From Candidatus Eiseniibacteriota bacterium (GTDB taxonomy: Bacteria; Eisenbacteria; RBG-16-71-46), in contig OY970178.1 of the NCBI GenBank assembly GCA_963707915.1, positions 128,001 to 192,000 on the forward strand: DNA of 64,000 bases, read 5' to 3'. Position 1 is the stretch's first letter; each line of letters begins with the position of its first letter. Below the pieces are notes generated by a model. That model was not told the DNA's origin. It ran no database searches and saw only the letters and a list, made by a program, of their open reading frames with translations. A program made the position numbers and the translations under genes. This document shows, one piece after another, positions 51,302-61,825 of the stretch.

Positions 51302-51434
51302 GGTCTCCAACCGCTCCAGCACGCTGGGAGGGTCAAGGGCCATTCATCCACGCTTCCCGACGGGCCCGGTGGCAGGTCTTGACAACCTTCCGATTGCCGG
51401 CTGCACGCCGGTTCGAACCCGGGTGCCGCCTCCG
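51302..51434 (+). repeat. Element end 3: diverged arm + tRNA-Cys 3' 27-mer (25/27)
   Basis: CCGGTTCGAACCCGGGTGCCGCCTCCG at 51408-51434; upstream GGTCTCCAACCGC..CACGC..GTCAAGGGCC resembles the other two arms. Confidence 0.75.
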
Positions 51435-51928
51435 ACACCAGCTGATCGGCACTGGCCAAAGGGACCTCGGCGCCCAGCACGCGGTGATGTCGGAGCCCTC
51501 GACCAAGGCGGCGGAGCTCCGCGTCCTTCGGTGGGCAGCAGCCCAGGCTCGGTCACACGGCCCGGCTTGCGCCCCACGTCCTGCCGGTCGCGGATTCGAA
51601 CAAGATTCGGGAGCCCGGGCGCGAGATCCTCCGGCTCAAGCTGCGCACCGAGCCCCGATCCGCTGCGCGCAGGCGCCCTCGGCGCCGGAACGACTCCCGC
51701 GCTGGACCGATGCGCCCGGTCCCGGCGCGCACCCTCGAAGGTGGCTTCGGTCCCACTGAAGCGTTCCGAACGGCATCGGGCCCATGCCGTGCGGTCCCAG
51801 TCCCGCTCCACGCTCGTCCCGCAGCGATGCCGCGGCCCGGTGCCGGTCGGGCGCGGTGATTGTGGGGTTCGGTTCCGCGCATCGCAGCATCCAAGTGTTC
51901 GGGCTCCGCGGTCGGAGAAGGAGGACGC

Positions 51929-53056
51929 GTGGAAGGACCGGTGGTGCTGCTTGCGCTCCTGCTCGCCGCGGCGGGCCCGGCTGCCCCGGCGACTCCGCGA
52001 CCCAGCGGGAGCCTGCGGGAGGCCGAGGCGCACTACGCCAGGGCCCTGAGCTGTTTCGAACGCAACACCCTCGACTACCGCCTCGAGGGCCGGCGCGAGC
52101 TCGAAGAGGCCGTGCGCCTGGCACCGGCGAACACGAACTACCGGCTGGCACTGGCGGATCTTCGGTTCGCCGGCGGCTCGTACGACGCTGCGCGCCGGGG
52201 CTACGAACGGGCGGCGGTCTCCGATTCCGCCGACGCCTACCTCGGCCTGGGCCTGCTGTGGCGGCACGACTGGCTGGCCTCGGGGGACCCGAGATCGCTC
52301 GACCGGGCCGAAGACGCGGTCATGACCGCCGCGTGGCTCATGCCGACCCGGACCGACGCCTGGCTCCTGCTCGTGCCGCTGTACCTCGCGCAGGGCCGGG
52401 GCACGGAGGCCGCGTCGTCCGCCTTCAGCGCCCTGGAATCCGACCCGGGACGCCTGGAGGCGCACCTGGCGGTCGCTGCGACGCTCTGCCACCTCGGTGT
52501 GGTGGGCGTGGGGGACAGCATCTTCCGGGCGGCCATCCCGCGCCTGCCGCCCGAGCTGCGCGCGGCTTACGAGCGCGCGGCGCCTATCCCTCCGGATGCC
52601 CAGCCGCTGGCTGTCGCGGCGCCCATCGCGGGCGCGAAACCGGGCGCAAGCGCGCTGGTGCTGGCCCCCGCGGACGAGTACCGGCTGTGGGCCTGGTCGC
52701 GGCTCACCGAGGAGGCGACCCTGATCCCCGCAGGGGTGAGTTCCGGCGCGGCGGCGGGCGCGGAGAGCCAGCGCTCGAACGGGGGACGCCGTTTCGGTTG
52801 GAGCCGCAGCGGCCCCGCTGTGGAACGCTCCCCGGATGCCCCTTGGGAGAGTCCCGACCTGGGCATCCGCATGGAGATCCAGGACCGATTGCTGGTCATG
52901 CGCCCCGCCCTGTCCGAATCACGGACCCGCGATGGCGCCGCCCCGCCGGCCGCCGCCCTGGCCGCCCTGTACGCCAGGATCCTGGCTGCCCTGGACGGAG
53001 CGCGGCCGGACGGAGGTCATCCGCCGGCCGGCGCTCCGAAGGGGAACTGGAAGTGA
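51929..53056 (+). CDS. Exported tetratricopeptide-repeat protein, C-terminal part possibly degenerate
   Basis: GTG with AGGAGG; signal peptide; LEEAVRLAP, AYLGLG, ALESDP TPR-like helices. Confidence 0.6.
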   Translation: MEGPVVLLALLLAAAGPAAPATPRPSGSLREAEAHYARALSCFERNTLDYRLEGRRELEEAVRLAPANTNYRLALADLRFAGGSYDAARRGYERAAVSDSADAYLGLGLLWRHDWLASGDPRSLDRAEDAVMTAAWLMPTRTDAWLLLVPLYLAQGRGTEAASSAFSALESDPGRLEAHLAVAATLCHLGVVGVGDSIFRAAIPRLPPELRAAYERAAPIPPDAQPLAVAAPIAGAKPGASALVLAPADEYRLWAWSRLTEEATLIPAGVSSGAAAGAESQRSNGGRRFGWSRSGPAVERSPDAPWESPDLGIRMEIQDRLLVMRPALSESRTRDGAAPPAAALAALYARILAALDGARPDGGHPPAGAPKGNWK

Positions 53057-53099
53057 CCCTCGGTCAGCCACGCTCGCGCGGAGCGGGACAGCCGCCGCC

Positions 53100-53459
53100 C
53101 TAGTGCTTGGTGGCGTAGTTGCCGGCCGCGTACCAGTCCACCAGCACGGCCGGTTCGCTGCCGACGACCCAAGCGTCGTGCCCGGCGGGCAGATGGGATA
53201 CGGAACCCGCCTCGAGGTCGAACTCACGCCCGTCCTTCATGACGACGTGGAGCGTCCCCGAGACGACGTACTGGAAGTGCGGGGCCTCGCACCACTCGGT
53301 GCCGGCGATCGGCTTGACGTCGGCCGACCAGCGCCAGCCGGGCTCGAGAACGAGGCGGCCGACCGGGCCGCGCTCCATCTTCAGCAACTCCACCCGGCCA
53401 TGGGGGAACTTCCGGGTCTCGTCGGCCTTTCCGAATTCCTTCCACTCCACGTGTGCCAT
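53100..53459 (-). CDS. Cupin domain protein
   Basis: EPGWRWS..VKP, CEAPHFQYVVSG, PAGHDAWVVG. Confidence 0.85.
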   Translation of the reverse strand: MAHVEWKEFGKADETRKFPHGRVELLKMERGPVGRLVLEPGWRWSADVKPIAGTEWCEAPHFQYVVSGTLHVVMKDGREFDLEAGSVSHLPAGHDAWVVGSEPAVLVDWYAAGNYATKH

Positions 53460-53841
53460 GGTCCCTCTCCCTGTCCGGCCGTGCGAACCGCATCAACTGC
53501 GTGAAGGTGCCGGCGACGTCACGATCGCCCACCTTCCGGCGGCGGCCAGTCAAGGTCTTCCGCATCTCGCGAGGCGGGTCGCGGGGCCGGTGAGTGGGCC
53601 AGGGCGATCCACCAGGCGAGGACCACGGGTTCCCGAACTCACCGAATCGTTGGATGCGCGGGAACCCGGCGCGAACCACCCGCCATGGGGCCGGAACCGC
53701 CGGTCGCGACCCGTGCCACGACACCGCCACGGTCCGGCGGGGAGTCCGCTCCAGGGCCCGGCCGCAGCCGGCCGGCGGTGGCCCGTCGGTGCGCGGGGCC
53801 GGGTGGGCCGCGGCCTGCCGGCCCCGCACCTCGTCGCGGTC

Positions 53842-54828
53842 TCAGCGCCCGCGGCCCGGTTCCCTCGGAGCGGCACCCTGCGGTCCGGGCACTCCGGCGA
53901 GCCACCGCACGGTGTTCAGCACCAGTCGCGGATGGTGCGCGGCCTCGGGCGAGTTCATGCCCGCCGGCACGCGCTGTGGCCCGGCCAGCTGGGCGGTGAG
54001 CATCGCGGCCTCGCCGAACACCACGACGCGGCCGCGGCCGTGCGTGAGCGCCGCGGCGACCAGCATGCCGTCCGCGCGGACCTGGGGCGTGAGGGGCGAG
54101 AACTGCCAGGCAACCTCGGGCAGCAGCACGACCGAGCCGCGGCCCATCTCGAGCAACGTGTCCACCGGCATCGCGGTACGGAACGCTTGCCCGGTGAACA
54201 CCTTCACCGAGTCCACGCGCTCGGCGGGGCCGCGTCCGTCGGTGACCGGGTGGGCGTGGAGAAGCCCGTCGCCGCGGCGCAGCACGAATTCGCTCTGCCC
54301 GCTCGCGTCCTGCGCGAAGCCGTTCGACAGGAACACTCCGAACGCCGCCGCCAGTTCCTCCGCGGCGCCGCCGAACGGCATGTGATCGGCCACCAGCAGC
54401 AGCGAGCCGCCATCGCGCACCCAGGCTTCGACCACGCGCACCTCGGTGGGGTCGAAGGCCGACGCCACCGGCAGGTGCCAGGCCTCCACGTTGCGCTCTG
54501 CGAGTGCGTTCGAGATCACCAGCACGCGGGCGGAGTCGAGGGCGGCACGGGTGAACGGGCCGGCGTGGGGGCGCAGCACGAAGCCGTCGCGCGCGACCAG
54601 CCGCGCGAACGCGGCGAAGCGCCCGCCGAGCGTGTGAAAGTTGTGGTGGCCCTCGTCGATCAGCACGACCGGTCCCATGCCGGGCGCGAAGGCGGGGCGC
54701 GCGATCGGCGGCGCGAACGTGGTATCGGGCACCTGCTGGGCGAGCGCGCGGAGCGGGACCAGCAGGGCCAGCAGCGCGACGGCGAACCAGGGGAGACGGG
54801 AAGAGCGACGGGGCGGGAGCGCGAACAC
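53842..54828 (-). CDS. Exported DUF4350/GATase-like domain protein
   Basis: QQVPD, VLIDEGHHNFHT, GGSLLLVADH.PF, GRGRVVVFGEAAM. Confidence 0.7.
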   Translation of the reverse strand: MFALPPRRSSRLPWFAVALLALLVPLRALAQQVPDTTFAPPIARPAFAPGMGPVVLIDEGHHNFHTLGGRFAAFARLVARDGFVLRPHAGPFTRAALDSARVLVISNALAERNVEAWHLPVASAFDPTEVRVVEAWVRDGGSLLLVADHMPFGGAAEELAAAFGVFLSNGFAQDASGQSEFVLRRGDGLLHAHPVTDGRGPAERVDSVKVFTGQAFRTAMPVDTLLEMGRGSVVLLPEVAWQFSPLTPQVRADGMLVAAALTHGRGRVVVFGEAAMLTAQLAGPQRVPAGMNSPEAAHHPRLVLNTVRWLAGVPGPQGAAPREPGRGR

Positions 54829-54955
54829 GGGTTCCTCCGGGAGTGGGCGGCCAGGACTCGCATGCGGGGGGCCCCAGACTACGCCCGGAGAAGCGATCCG
54901 TTCCAGCGCCACGTGGTTCGCACGGCGTGGGCCGGCATCCGCCCCGCGGCGGCGG

Positions 54956-55978
54956 CTACGCGGCCAGCGCCGTGGTCCCGCCGTCCTGCAGCCCGGCGAG
55001 CATGCTCTCGGTCTCGCGGGTGACCCGGTCCAGGATGGGCGCCATCGTCTCGACGTCGTTGAGCTCGAGATCGGAGAAGACGTGCTCGATCGAGAAGTCG
55101 ATGTCCCGCTGGACGCCCCCGATGCCGAGATGCTGACAGACGAGGTTGCCCGCGTGGACCAGGCGGTGCGCGGGAGTGGCCCGGGCACCGCCCTGGTAGC
55201 GGTGGTGCCCGCCGGCCGCGCTGACGACGGCAGGGGACATGCCCCAGCTGCCCAGCACGTGGGCGCCGGTCTCCTCGTGGAGCTGGGAGATGAGGATCTC
55301 CACCATCGCCTCGCCGAGCACGACCCCGCGGTTCTGCTTCTCGGACTCCGCGACGGCGTTGACGAGCACGGGCGTGCCGGTGTCGTGCAGGAGCCCCATC
55401 AGGAACGCACTGTCCCGCTCCAGCCCGGTGGCCACCGACAGCGACTCGCAGGCCACCGCCGTCCCGAGGGAGAGCTTCCACGACTCCTCGAGGATCGAGC
55501 GGTACGCGCGCGCGGAGAAGATTCGCATACGGACCGACTCGGCGAAGACCATGTCCTGCACGACCCGCGATCCCATGCGCATCAGGGCCGGTGTCACGCC
55601 TTCGATCCGGCTCCCGCCGGCGTAGGCCGCGGAATTGGCGATCACCAGGATCCGCGCGGCCAGGACGGGGTCGGTCTCGATCACCTGGGCGATCTCGTCG
55701 ATGGTCGTGTCCGGGTTCTGGGAGAGCTGGAGGATCCGGCCCGCCACGTTGGGAAGCCGCGGGATCTCGAGCGTGTTGGACTCGAGCTTCCGGCGGACGT
55801 GGTTCTTTAGCGCCTCCACCAGGCTGTCGTCCAGCCCGTAGGAGGCCCCGTCGACGTTGTAGACCACGTTCGCGGGCGGGCGATAGGGCTTCTTCCTCTC
55901 CAGCATGGATCGGATCCTCGAGGGAACGACCGGGGCTCGCTTCGTTATCGGCCGGGGGGGCGTGGACTTGAACCGCAA
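54956..55978 (-). CDS. HDOD domain protein
   Basis: IPRLP, DPVLAARIL..ANS, GLLHDTG, HEETG..W, HH; start uncertain (alternative ATG 55906). Confidence 0.85.
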   Translation of the reverse strand: MRFKSTPPRPITKRAPVVPSRIRSMLERKKPYRPPANVVYNVDGASYGLDDSLVEALKNHVRRKLESNTLEIPRLPNVAGRILQLSQNPDTTIDEIAQVIETDPVLAARILVIANSAAYAGGSRIEGVTPALMRMGSRVVQDMVFAESVRMRIFSARAYRSILEESWKLSLGTAVACESLSVATGLERDSAFLMGLLHDTGTPVLVNAVAESEKQNRGVVLGEAMVEILISQLHEETGAHVLGSWGMSPAVVSAAGGHHRYQGGARATPAHRLVHAGNLVCQHLGIGGVQRDIDFSIEHVFSDLELNDVETMAPILDRVTRETESMLAGLQDGGTTALAA

Positions 55979-56151
55979 GTCCGTTCGCTCGGCGCGCGCG
56001 GCAGGCAGACGTTGCGGGTGCCCGGTGGGTGGTGCCCGGCGCCGGCCTTGCCCGCCGGCTCGGACCGGGGGCGGCAGCGGACTTCGCGCCGGCGTCCCGC
56101 TGAGATACCCTCTGCCCGCATCGGGGGGACACCCGCGCGATCACGAGGAGG

Positions 56152-57300
56152 ATGGCCGCCATGAACGCTTCGGGATCCTTGGCAACGCGCATTCGGATTC
56201 TCGGCTGCCTGCTGGCGATGGCGGCTGGCGCTCCGTGGCACGCGGCATCGGCCGCGCCGGCGAACGTGGCCCCCTCGGCCCGCGAGCGGAGCCTGATCGA
56301 GACGCAGCTCCTGCCGCTGCCGACCCGGGTGCAGGTGGCCGTGGCGCTGGTCCGGGGCGACTCCGTGCGCTTCCTCGGGGCCGAGCGGACGCCGGAGGGC
56401 ATCCGCTACCTCGACAATCGCGCGGGCGTCTTCGAGATCGGCTCCATCACCAAGGTCTTCACCGCGACCCTGCTCGCGCAGCAGGTCCGCAACGGCGCGG
56501 TGACCCTGGACACGCCGGTCAAGCGGCTGGTGCCCTTCGAGCTGAAGGCGCCCGGGCGCGACGGCGTGGACGTGACGTTGAAGCAGCTGGCCAACCACAC
56601 GTCGGGGATGTGCCACCAGCCCCCGGGGCTCAACCAGCACGCGCTCTTTCACCTGCACCTGCGCGAACCGTTCCGGGACTACGACCGGAAGCGCTTCGAG
56701 CATTACCTGCAGCGCGAGATGAAGCTGGGGTTCACTCCCGGCACGAAATACAGCTACTCGAACATGGGCATGAGCCTGGTGGGCTACGTCCTCGCCCTGC
56801 GGACCGGGAAGAGCTACGAGGAACTGCTCCAGGCGGGCCTCTTCGGTCCGCTGGGCATGCGATCGTCCACCACGGACCTGGCCCGGGTCCGGGCCCGCGT
56901 GGTGAGCGGGGTGGAGAAGGAGGGTGTGATGGCGCCCAACTGGGACATGAACGCCCTGGCACCCGCGGGCGGCATCAAGACGAGCGCCGAGGACTTCGCC
57001 CGGTTCGTCCAGACCCAGTTCGAGCCGGACCCGGCGATCGCCCTGACGCAGCAGCCCACCTTCAAGATCGAGGACGGCTACTCCGTGGCGCTGGGCTGGC
57101 ACGTCGTCGACCGCCGGAACGGCGAGCGCTGGCTCAACCACGGCGGCGGCATGGGGGGCTACACGGCCATCGTGAACGTGAACGTGCGCCGGAAGCTGGG
57201 CGTCGTCGTCCTCTCCAATCTCGGCAACGCCCACAAGCTGGCGGAGAACGTCTCGCAGCTCGGGCGGGGACTGCTCAAGGAGATGGAGGCGCTCCCGTGA
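56152..57300 (+). CDS. Serine hydrolase, beta-lactamase class C-like
   Basis: FEIGSITK (SxxK), LANHTSG, YSYSN, HGGGMGG. Confidence 0.9.
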   Translation: MAAMNASGSLATRIRILGCLLAMAAGAPWHAASAAPANVAPSARERSLIETQLLPLPTRVQVAVALVRGDSVRFLGAERTPEGIRYLDNRAGVFEIGSITKVFTATLLAQQVRNGAVTLDTPVKRLVPFELKAPGRDGVDVTLKQLANHTSGMCHQPPGLNQHALFHLHLREPFRDYDRKRFEHYLQREMKLGFTPGTKYSYSNMGMSLVGYVLALRTGKSYEELLQAGLFGPLGMRSSTTDLARVRARVVSGVEKEGVMAPNWDMNALAPAGGIKTSAEDFARFVQTQFEPDPAIALTQQPTFKIEDGYSVALGWHVVDRRNGERWLNHGGGMGGYTAIVNVNVRRKLGVVVLSNLGNAHKLAENVSQLGRGLLKEMEALP

Positions 57301-57451
57301 CCCATGCGGCTCGTTCGTCCTCGGTTGCCCGTGCGAACCGCGGTGTGAGGGCGGCCCGCCGGTCCCGGCGGCCTCTCGTGGAGGGATCCTGAGCGAGTCG
57401 CGGAAGCGCGCGGTCGAGTCGACGCCCGGGCGGTCACGGCCGGCCGGCGCC

Positions 57452-60016
57452 GTGCTGGATCTCGGTGGACTCCCCGGACTGGGTGCGGCGGAGGCCCGGG
57501 CGCGGCTGCTGCAGGAGGGGCTGAACGAGCTGCCCGCGCAGCAGAAGCGGAGCCTGCTGACCATCGGCCTCGAGGTCGCCCGCGAGCCGATGTTCCTCAT
57601 GCTGGTCGCGGCGGGAAGCCTGTACCTCGTCATGGGCGAGCTGGCCGACGCCCTGATGCTGCTCGGCTTCGTCTTCGTCGTCATGGCCATCACCATCATC
57701 CAGGAGCGCCGCACGGAGCGCGCGCTGGAGGCGCTTCGCGACCTGTCGAGCCCGCGGGCCCTCGTCGTCCGCGACGGGGTGCACCAGCGCATCGCCGGTC
57801 GCGAGGTGGTGCGGGGCGACCTCGTCGTGCTCGCCGAGGGCGACCGCGTCCCCGCGGACGGCCTGCTGCGGCGCGGCATCAACCTCACGGTGGACGAGTC
57901 GCTGCTGACCGGGGAGTCGGTCCCGGTGCGGAAGGCCCCGTCGGCCGATGCCGCGGCGCTCGACCAGCCGGGTGGCGACGACCTGCCCTCGGTGTTCTCC
58001 GGGACGCTGGTCACCGCCGGGCAGGGCATCGCCGAGATCGCGGCGACGGGCCTGTCCTCGGAGCTCGGCAAGATCGGCAAGGCGCTGCAGCAGGTCGAGC
58101 AGGAGCCGACGCTGCTGCAGAAGGAGACCGGGCGGCTGGTCCGCATCTTCGCGCTGGTGGGGCTCATCGCCTGCGCGATCGTGGTGGTCGCCTACGCGCT
58201 CACGCGCGGGGGCGGCGCCGCCGTCTGGAAGCAGAGCTTCCTCGCCGGCATCGCCATGGCCATGGCGGTGCTGCCCGAGGAGTTCCCGGTGGTGCTGACG
58301 GTCTTCCTGGCACTCGGGGCCTGGCGCATCTCCCGCAACCACGTGCTCACCCGGCGGATGCCGGCGGTCGAGACGCTGGGGGCCGCCACCGTCCTTTGCG
58401 TCGACAAGACGGGGACGCTCACGCAGAACCGGATGACGCTGCGGCGGCTCGCCGCATCGGGCGTCTCCATCGACCTCGCGTCGAGCCCGGGCGCGCTCCC
58501 GGAGGCGCTGCACGGGCTCCTCGAGCACGCGATCCTGGCGAGCCGGAGCGACCCCTTCGACCCGATGGAACAGGCGCTGCACGTGGCGGGGAACGCGCTG
58601 ATCCGGGACACGGAGCACCTGCACCCGGGATGGTCGCTGGCGCGCGAGTACCCGCTCACCCCCGGCCTGCTCGCGGTGAGCCATGCGTGGCACACCGGCG
58701 TCGGGGACGAGGTGGTGGTGGCGGCCAAGGGCGCCCCGGAGGCCATCGCGGATCTCTGCCACCTCGCGCCGGCGCAGCAGGAATCGCTGTCGCGGGAGGT
58801 GGCGGAGCTGGCGTCGCAGGGTCTCCGGGTCATCGGTGTCGCGCGCGGGGACACGCACCGGGAGGACCTGCCCGAGGAGCACCACGACCTCGCGCTCGAG
58901 TTCGTCGGCCTGCTCGGGTTCGAGGACCCGCTGCGGTCCACCGTGCCGGCCGCGGTCGCCGAGTGCCAGGCCGCCGGGGTCCGCGTGGTGATGATCACCG
59001 GCGACTACCCCGCGACGGCCCAGAGCATCGCCCGCCAGGCGGGGCTGGCGAACTGCGACACGGTGATCAGCGGACCCGAGCTCGACCGGATGTCGGACGA
59101 GGACGTCGCCCGACGCATCCGGGACGTGCAGGTCTTCGCCCGCGTCGTCCCGGAGCAGAAGCTGCGCATCGTCAACGCCCTGAAGGCCAATGACGAGATC
59201 GTCGCCATGACCGGCGACGGGGTCAACGACGCCCCGGCGCTGAAGGCGGCGCACATCGGCATCGCCATGGGCGGTCGTGGCACGGACGTGGCCCGCGAGT
59301 CGGCCTCGCTCGTGCTGCTGGACGACGACTTCTCGTCCATCGTCGCGGCCGTGCGGCTCGGCCGGCGCATCTTCGACAACATCAAGAAGGCGATCGCCTT
59401 CATCCTGGCCGTGCACGTGCCCATCGCCGGCCTGTCGATGATCCCGGTCTTCTTCGCCGACTGGCCGCTGCTCCTGCTGCCGGTCCACATCGTGTTCCTG
59501 GAGCTGATCATCGACCCTTCGTGCTCCCTCATCTTCGAGGCCGAGGAGGCCGAGGCCGACGTGATGCGGCGGCCGCCGCGCAGCCCGCACGAGCGGCTGT
59601 TCTCGATGCGGACGAGCGGGATCGCGCTGCTCCAGGGCGTCAGCGTCCTCGTGAGCTGCCTGGGCGTCTTCCTGCTCGCCCGCCCCGGCCACACCGTCAT
59701 GGTCACGCGGGCGATGACCTTCGCGACGCTGGTGGTGGCCTTCGTCGTCATCATCCTCGTCAACCGGTCGTGGACGCGGTCCGCGATCTCGATGTTGCGC
59801 GTTCCCAACTCCGCGATGCGATGGGTGGTGCTCGGCGCATGCGGATTCCTCGCGGTGATCCTCACGGTCCCGTTCGCGCAGCGACTGTTCCACTTCGCGC
59901 CGCTTCACACGGCGGACGCCGTCTTGAGCCTCGGGGCCGGACTGGCCTGCGTCCTGTGGGTCGAGCTGCTGAAGCTCGCGCGGCAGCGACCGGGGCCGGG
60001 GGAGGTCCGGCGATGA
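57452..60016 (+). CDS. Cation-transporting P-type ATPase (P2A-like)
   Basis: TGES, PEEF, DKTGTLT, KGAPE, TGD, TGDGVNDAPALK. Confidence 0.95.
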   Translation: MLDLGGLPGLGAAEARARLLQEGLNELPAQQKRSLLTIGLEVAREPMFLMLVAAGSLYLVMGELADALMLLGFVFVVMAITIIQERRTERALEALRDLSSPRALVVRDGVHQRIAGREVVRGDLVVLAEGDRVPADGLLRRGINLTVDESLLTGESVPVRKAPSADAAALDQPGGDDLPSVFSGTLVTAGQGIAEIAATGLSSELGKIGKALQQVEQEPTLLQKETGRLVRIFALVGLIACAIVVVAYALTRGGGAAVWKQSFLAGIAMAMAVLPEEFPVVLTVFLALGAWRISRNHVLTRRMPAVETLGAATVLCVDKTGTLTQNRMTLRRLAASGVSIDLASSPGALPEALHGLLEHAILASRSDPFDPMEQALHVAGNALIRDTEHLHPGWSLAREYPLTPGLLAVSHAWHTGVGDEVVVAAKGAPEAIADLCHLAPAQQESLSREVAELASQGLRVIGVARGDTHREDLPEEHHDLALEFVGLLGFEDPLRSTVPAAVAECQAAGVRVVMITGDYPATAQSIARQAGLANCDTVISGPELDRMSDEDVARRIRDVQVFARVVPEQKLRIVNALKANDEIVAMTGDGVNDAPALKAAHIGIAMGGRGTDVARESASLVLLDDDFSSIVAAVRLGRRIFDNIKKAIAFILAVHVPIAGLSMIPVFFADWPLLLLPVHIVFLELIIDPSCSLIFEAEEAEADVMRRPPRSPHERLFSMRTSGIALLQGVSVLVSCLGVFLLARPGHTVMVTRAMTFATLVVAFVVIILVNRSWTRSAISMLRVPNSAMRWVVLGACGFLAVILTVPFAQRLFHFAPLHTADAVLSLGAGLACVLWVELLKLARQRPGPGEVRR

Positions 60017-61074
60017 GGGGCGAGCTGGCGGCGACACGCACGAAGCTGGTCTGGATCGCGGTGGTCCTGGTGGTGCTGGTCTGGGCGCTGCGCGACGTCG
60101 CGATCCTGGTCGGCTACTCGGTGCTGCTCGCCTACGCCCTGCTGCCCGTCGTCGATGGGATCGAGCGCCTGCGCTTCGGTCGCGACCGGCACCTTCCGAG
60201 AGGTCTCGTGGCGGCGGTGGTGATGCTCGCCCTGGTCGGCCTGGTGGGGTGGGTGCTCGCCCTGACCGTTCCGCAGCTCGGAGCCGAGGCGGCACGGCTC
60301 GCCTCGGCCGCGCCCGCGACCCTCACGAAGCTGATCGACGGCGTCGACCGCTACGCCGGGGCGAACGGCCTCGATCCCTGGCTCGGCCCGGCGATCGACG
60401 GCGCGCGGAACGACGTGCCGGGATTGCTCCGGCGTCTCGGCGGCACGCTGGCCGGGTCGGTGGGCCGCCTGTCCGGCAGCCTGGACAAGCTGCTCGGGCT
60501 CGCGCTGCTGCCGCTGCTGGCCTTCTACCTGCTGGCCGAGTCCGCGGCCGTGAGGATCAGCGCCTTGCGGTTCGTGCCCGACGAGATGCGGCCCGAGATC
60601 GCCCGCCTCGGCGCCGCCGTGGATCGTGCGCTGCGCAGCTACGTGCGCGGCCAGGCGATGGTGTGCCTGGCCACCGGGGCGGTGGTGGGCATCGCGTTCG
60701 CGTTGCTGCACTACCCGGCCGCCCTTCTGCTCGGGCTCCTCGCCGGGATCGCCGAGCTCGTCCCCTACCTGGGCTTCACCGTCGCCGCCGTCACCATCGC
60801 GCTCGCCGGTCTCAGCGTGGACCCGGTCCACGCGTTGCTCGGCGTCGGGACCTACACGGTCCTCAACTGGACGATCGGCACGTTCGTCACGCCGCGCGTG
60901 ATGGGGCGATTCCTCAAGATGCACGCCTTCGTCGTCACGGTGAGCGTGCTCGCCGGCGCCCGGCTCCTGGGCCCCGCGGGCGCCCTGCTGGCCCTGCCCG
61001 GCGCCGCCATGCTGCAGGCGCTGGTCGGGGAGCTGGCGGGCCCGACGGCGGGCGAGCGGAAGGCCGCCGGCTGA
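60013..61074 (+). CDS. AI-2E family transporter
   Basis: LLAYALLP, YVRGQ, ELVPYLG, TPRVMG, ALLALP. Confidence 0.88.
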   Translation: MRGELAATRTKLVWIAVVLVVLVWALRDVAILVGYSVLLAYALLPVVDGIERLRFGRDRHLPRGLVAAVVMLALVGLVGWVLALTVPQLGAEAARLASAAPATLTKLIDGVDRYAGANGLDPWLGPAIDGARNDVPGLLRRLGGTLAGSVGRLSGSLDKLLGLALLPLLAFYLLAESAAVRISALRFVPDEMRPEIARLGAAVDRALRSYVRGQAMVCLATGAVVGIAFALLHYPAALLLGLLAGIAELVPYLGFTVAAVTIALAGLSVDPVHALLGVGTYTVLNWTIGTFVTPRVMGRFLKMHAFVVTVSVLAGARLLGPAGALLALPGAAMLQALVGELAGPTAGERKAAG

Positions 61075-61089
61075 CCGCGCAGAGCGCTC

Positions 61090-61563
61090 CTAGCGGTCGG
61101 CGGCGCGGGCGCTGCGGCCGCGGAAGGTCCAGCGGTGGTTCAGCCCGAAGTTGACGCCCAGCGCCAGCACGACGCCCAGCGCCTGGGCCAGGTAGATCCA
61201 CAGGCCCAGCCACTCGCGCAGCACCACGCTGCCGGTCCACTGCAACAGCGCCGCGGCGGCGGACACCAGGCAGAACTTCCCCAGCCTCCCGAACCAGTGC
61301 GGTGCCCCGGCACGCTCCCGGTCGCCCCAGGTCCAGCGGTCGTTGAGCACGAAGTTGGTCAGGATGCTGACCAGGATGCCCGCGGCCTGCGCCGCGCGCG
61401 CCTGCCACGCGCCCCAGGCCCCCGGGAGCAGCGCCAGTGCCGATCCGAGCACGGCAAGGTTGACCGCCACTCCGCTGGCGCCCACGGTGCAGAAGCGGAG
61501 AAGGCGTGGCGGGAGCGGCAGCCGCTCGAGCGACTCGTCGACCTTGCGGAGCAGCGCGCGCAT
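61090..61563 (-). CDS. GtrA family protein
   Basis: RFCTVGASGVAVN, NFVLNDRWTW, NFGLNHRWTF. Confidence 0.88.
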   Translation of the reverse strand: MRALLRKVDESLERLPLPPRLLRFCTVGASGVAVNLAVLGSALALLPGAWGAWQARAAQAAGILVSILTNFVLNDRWTWGDRERAGAPHWFGRLGKFCLVSAAAALLQWTGSVVLREWLGLWIYLAQALGVVLALGVNFGLNHRWTFRGRSARAADR

Positions 61564-61825
61564 GGGGAGCAGGCTACCCGCTCGGATGGAGATGTCAACG
61601 ATCACGCGGCGCGGGTGCGCCGGCCGGGCCGGCCGGCGCACGCGGGAGGATACCGCCGCGGGTCCGCCGGGCTTCGCGCTCGAGCGGACACGAGCGCAAG
61701 CGGGCACGGCGGGCGACCTTGGTGTTGCCGGTCCGGGAGTGGTACCTTGCGGGCGACCGCAACGCTCAGGCCCGCTAGAAGCGCACGGTGACGGAAGGCG
61801 GAACCCGCTGCTCGAGACGACGCGT

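Larger units (their letters stand above)
41959..51434. mobile_element. tRNA-Cys-anchored block III
   Basis: Between tRNA 3'-end copies 2 and 3. Confidence 0.55.

Noticed and set aside
39975..51434. Three extra tRNA genes at about 40050, 41955 and 51430
   Set aside because: Only the T-arm and 3' acceptor strand are present; no D or anticodon arm, and no pairing 5' strand.
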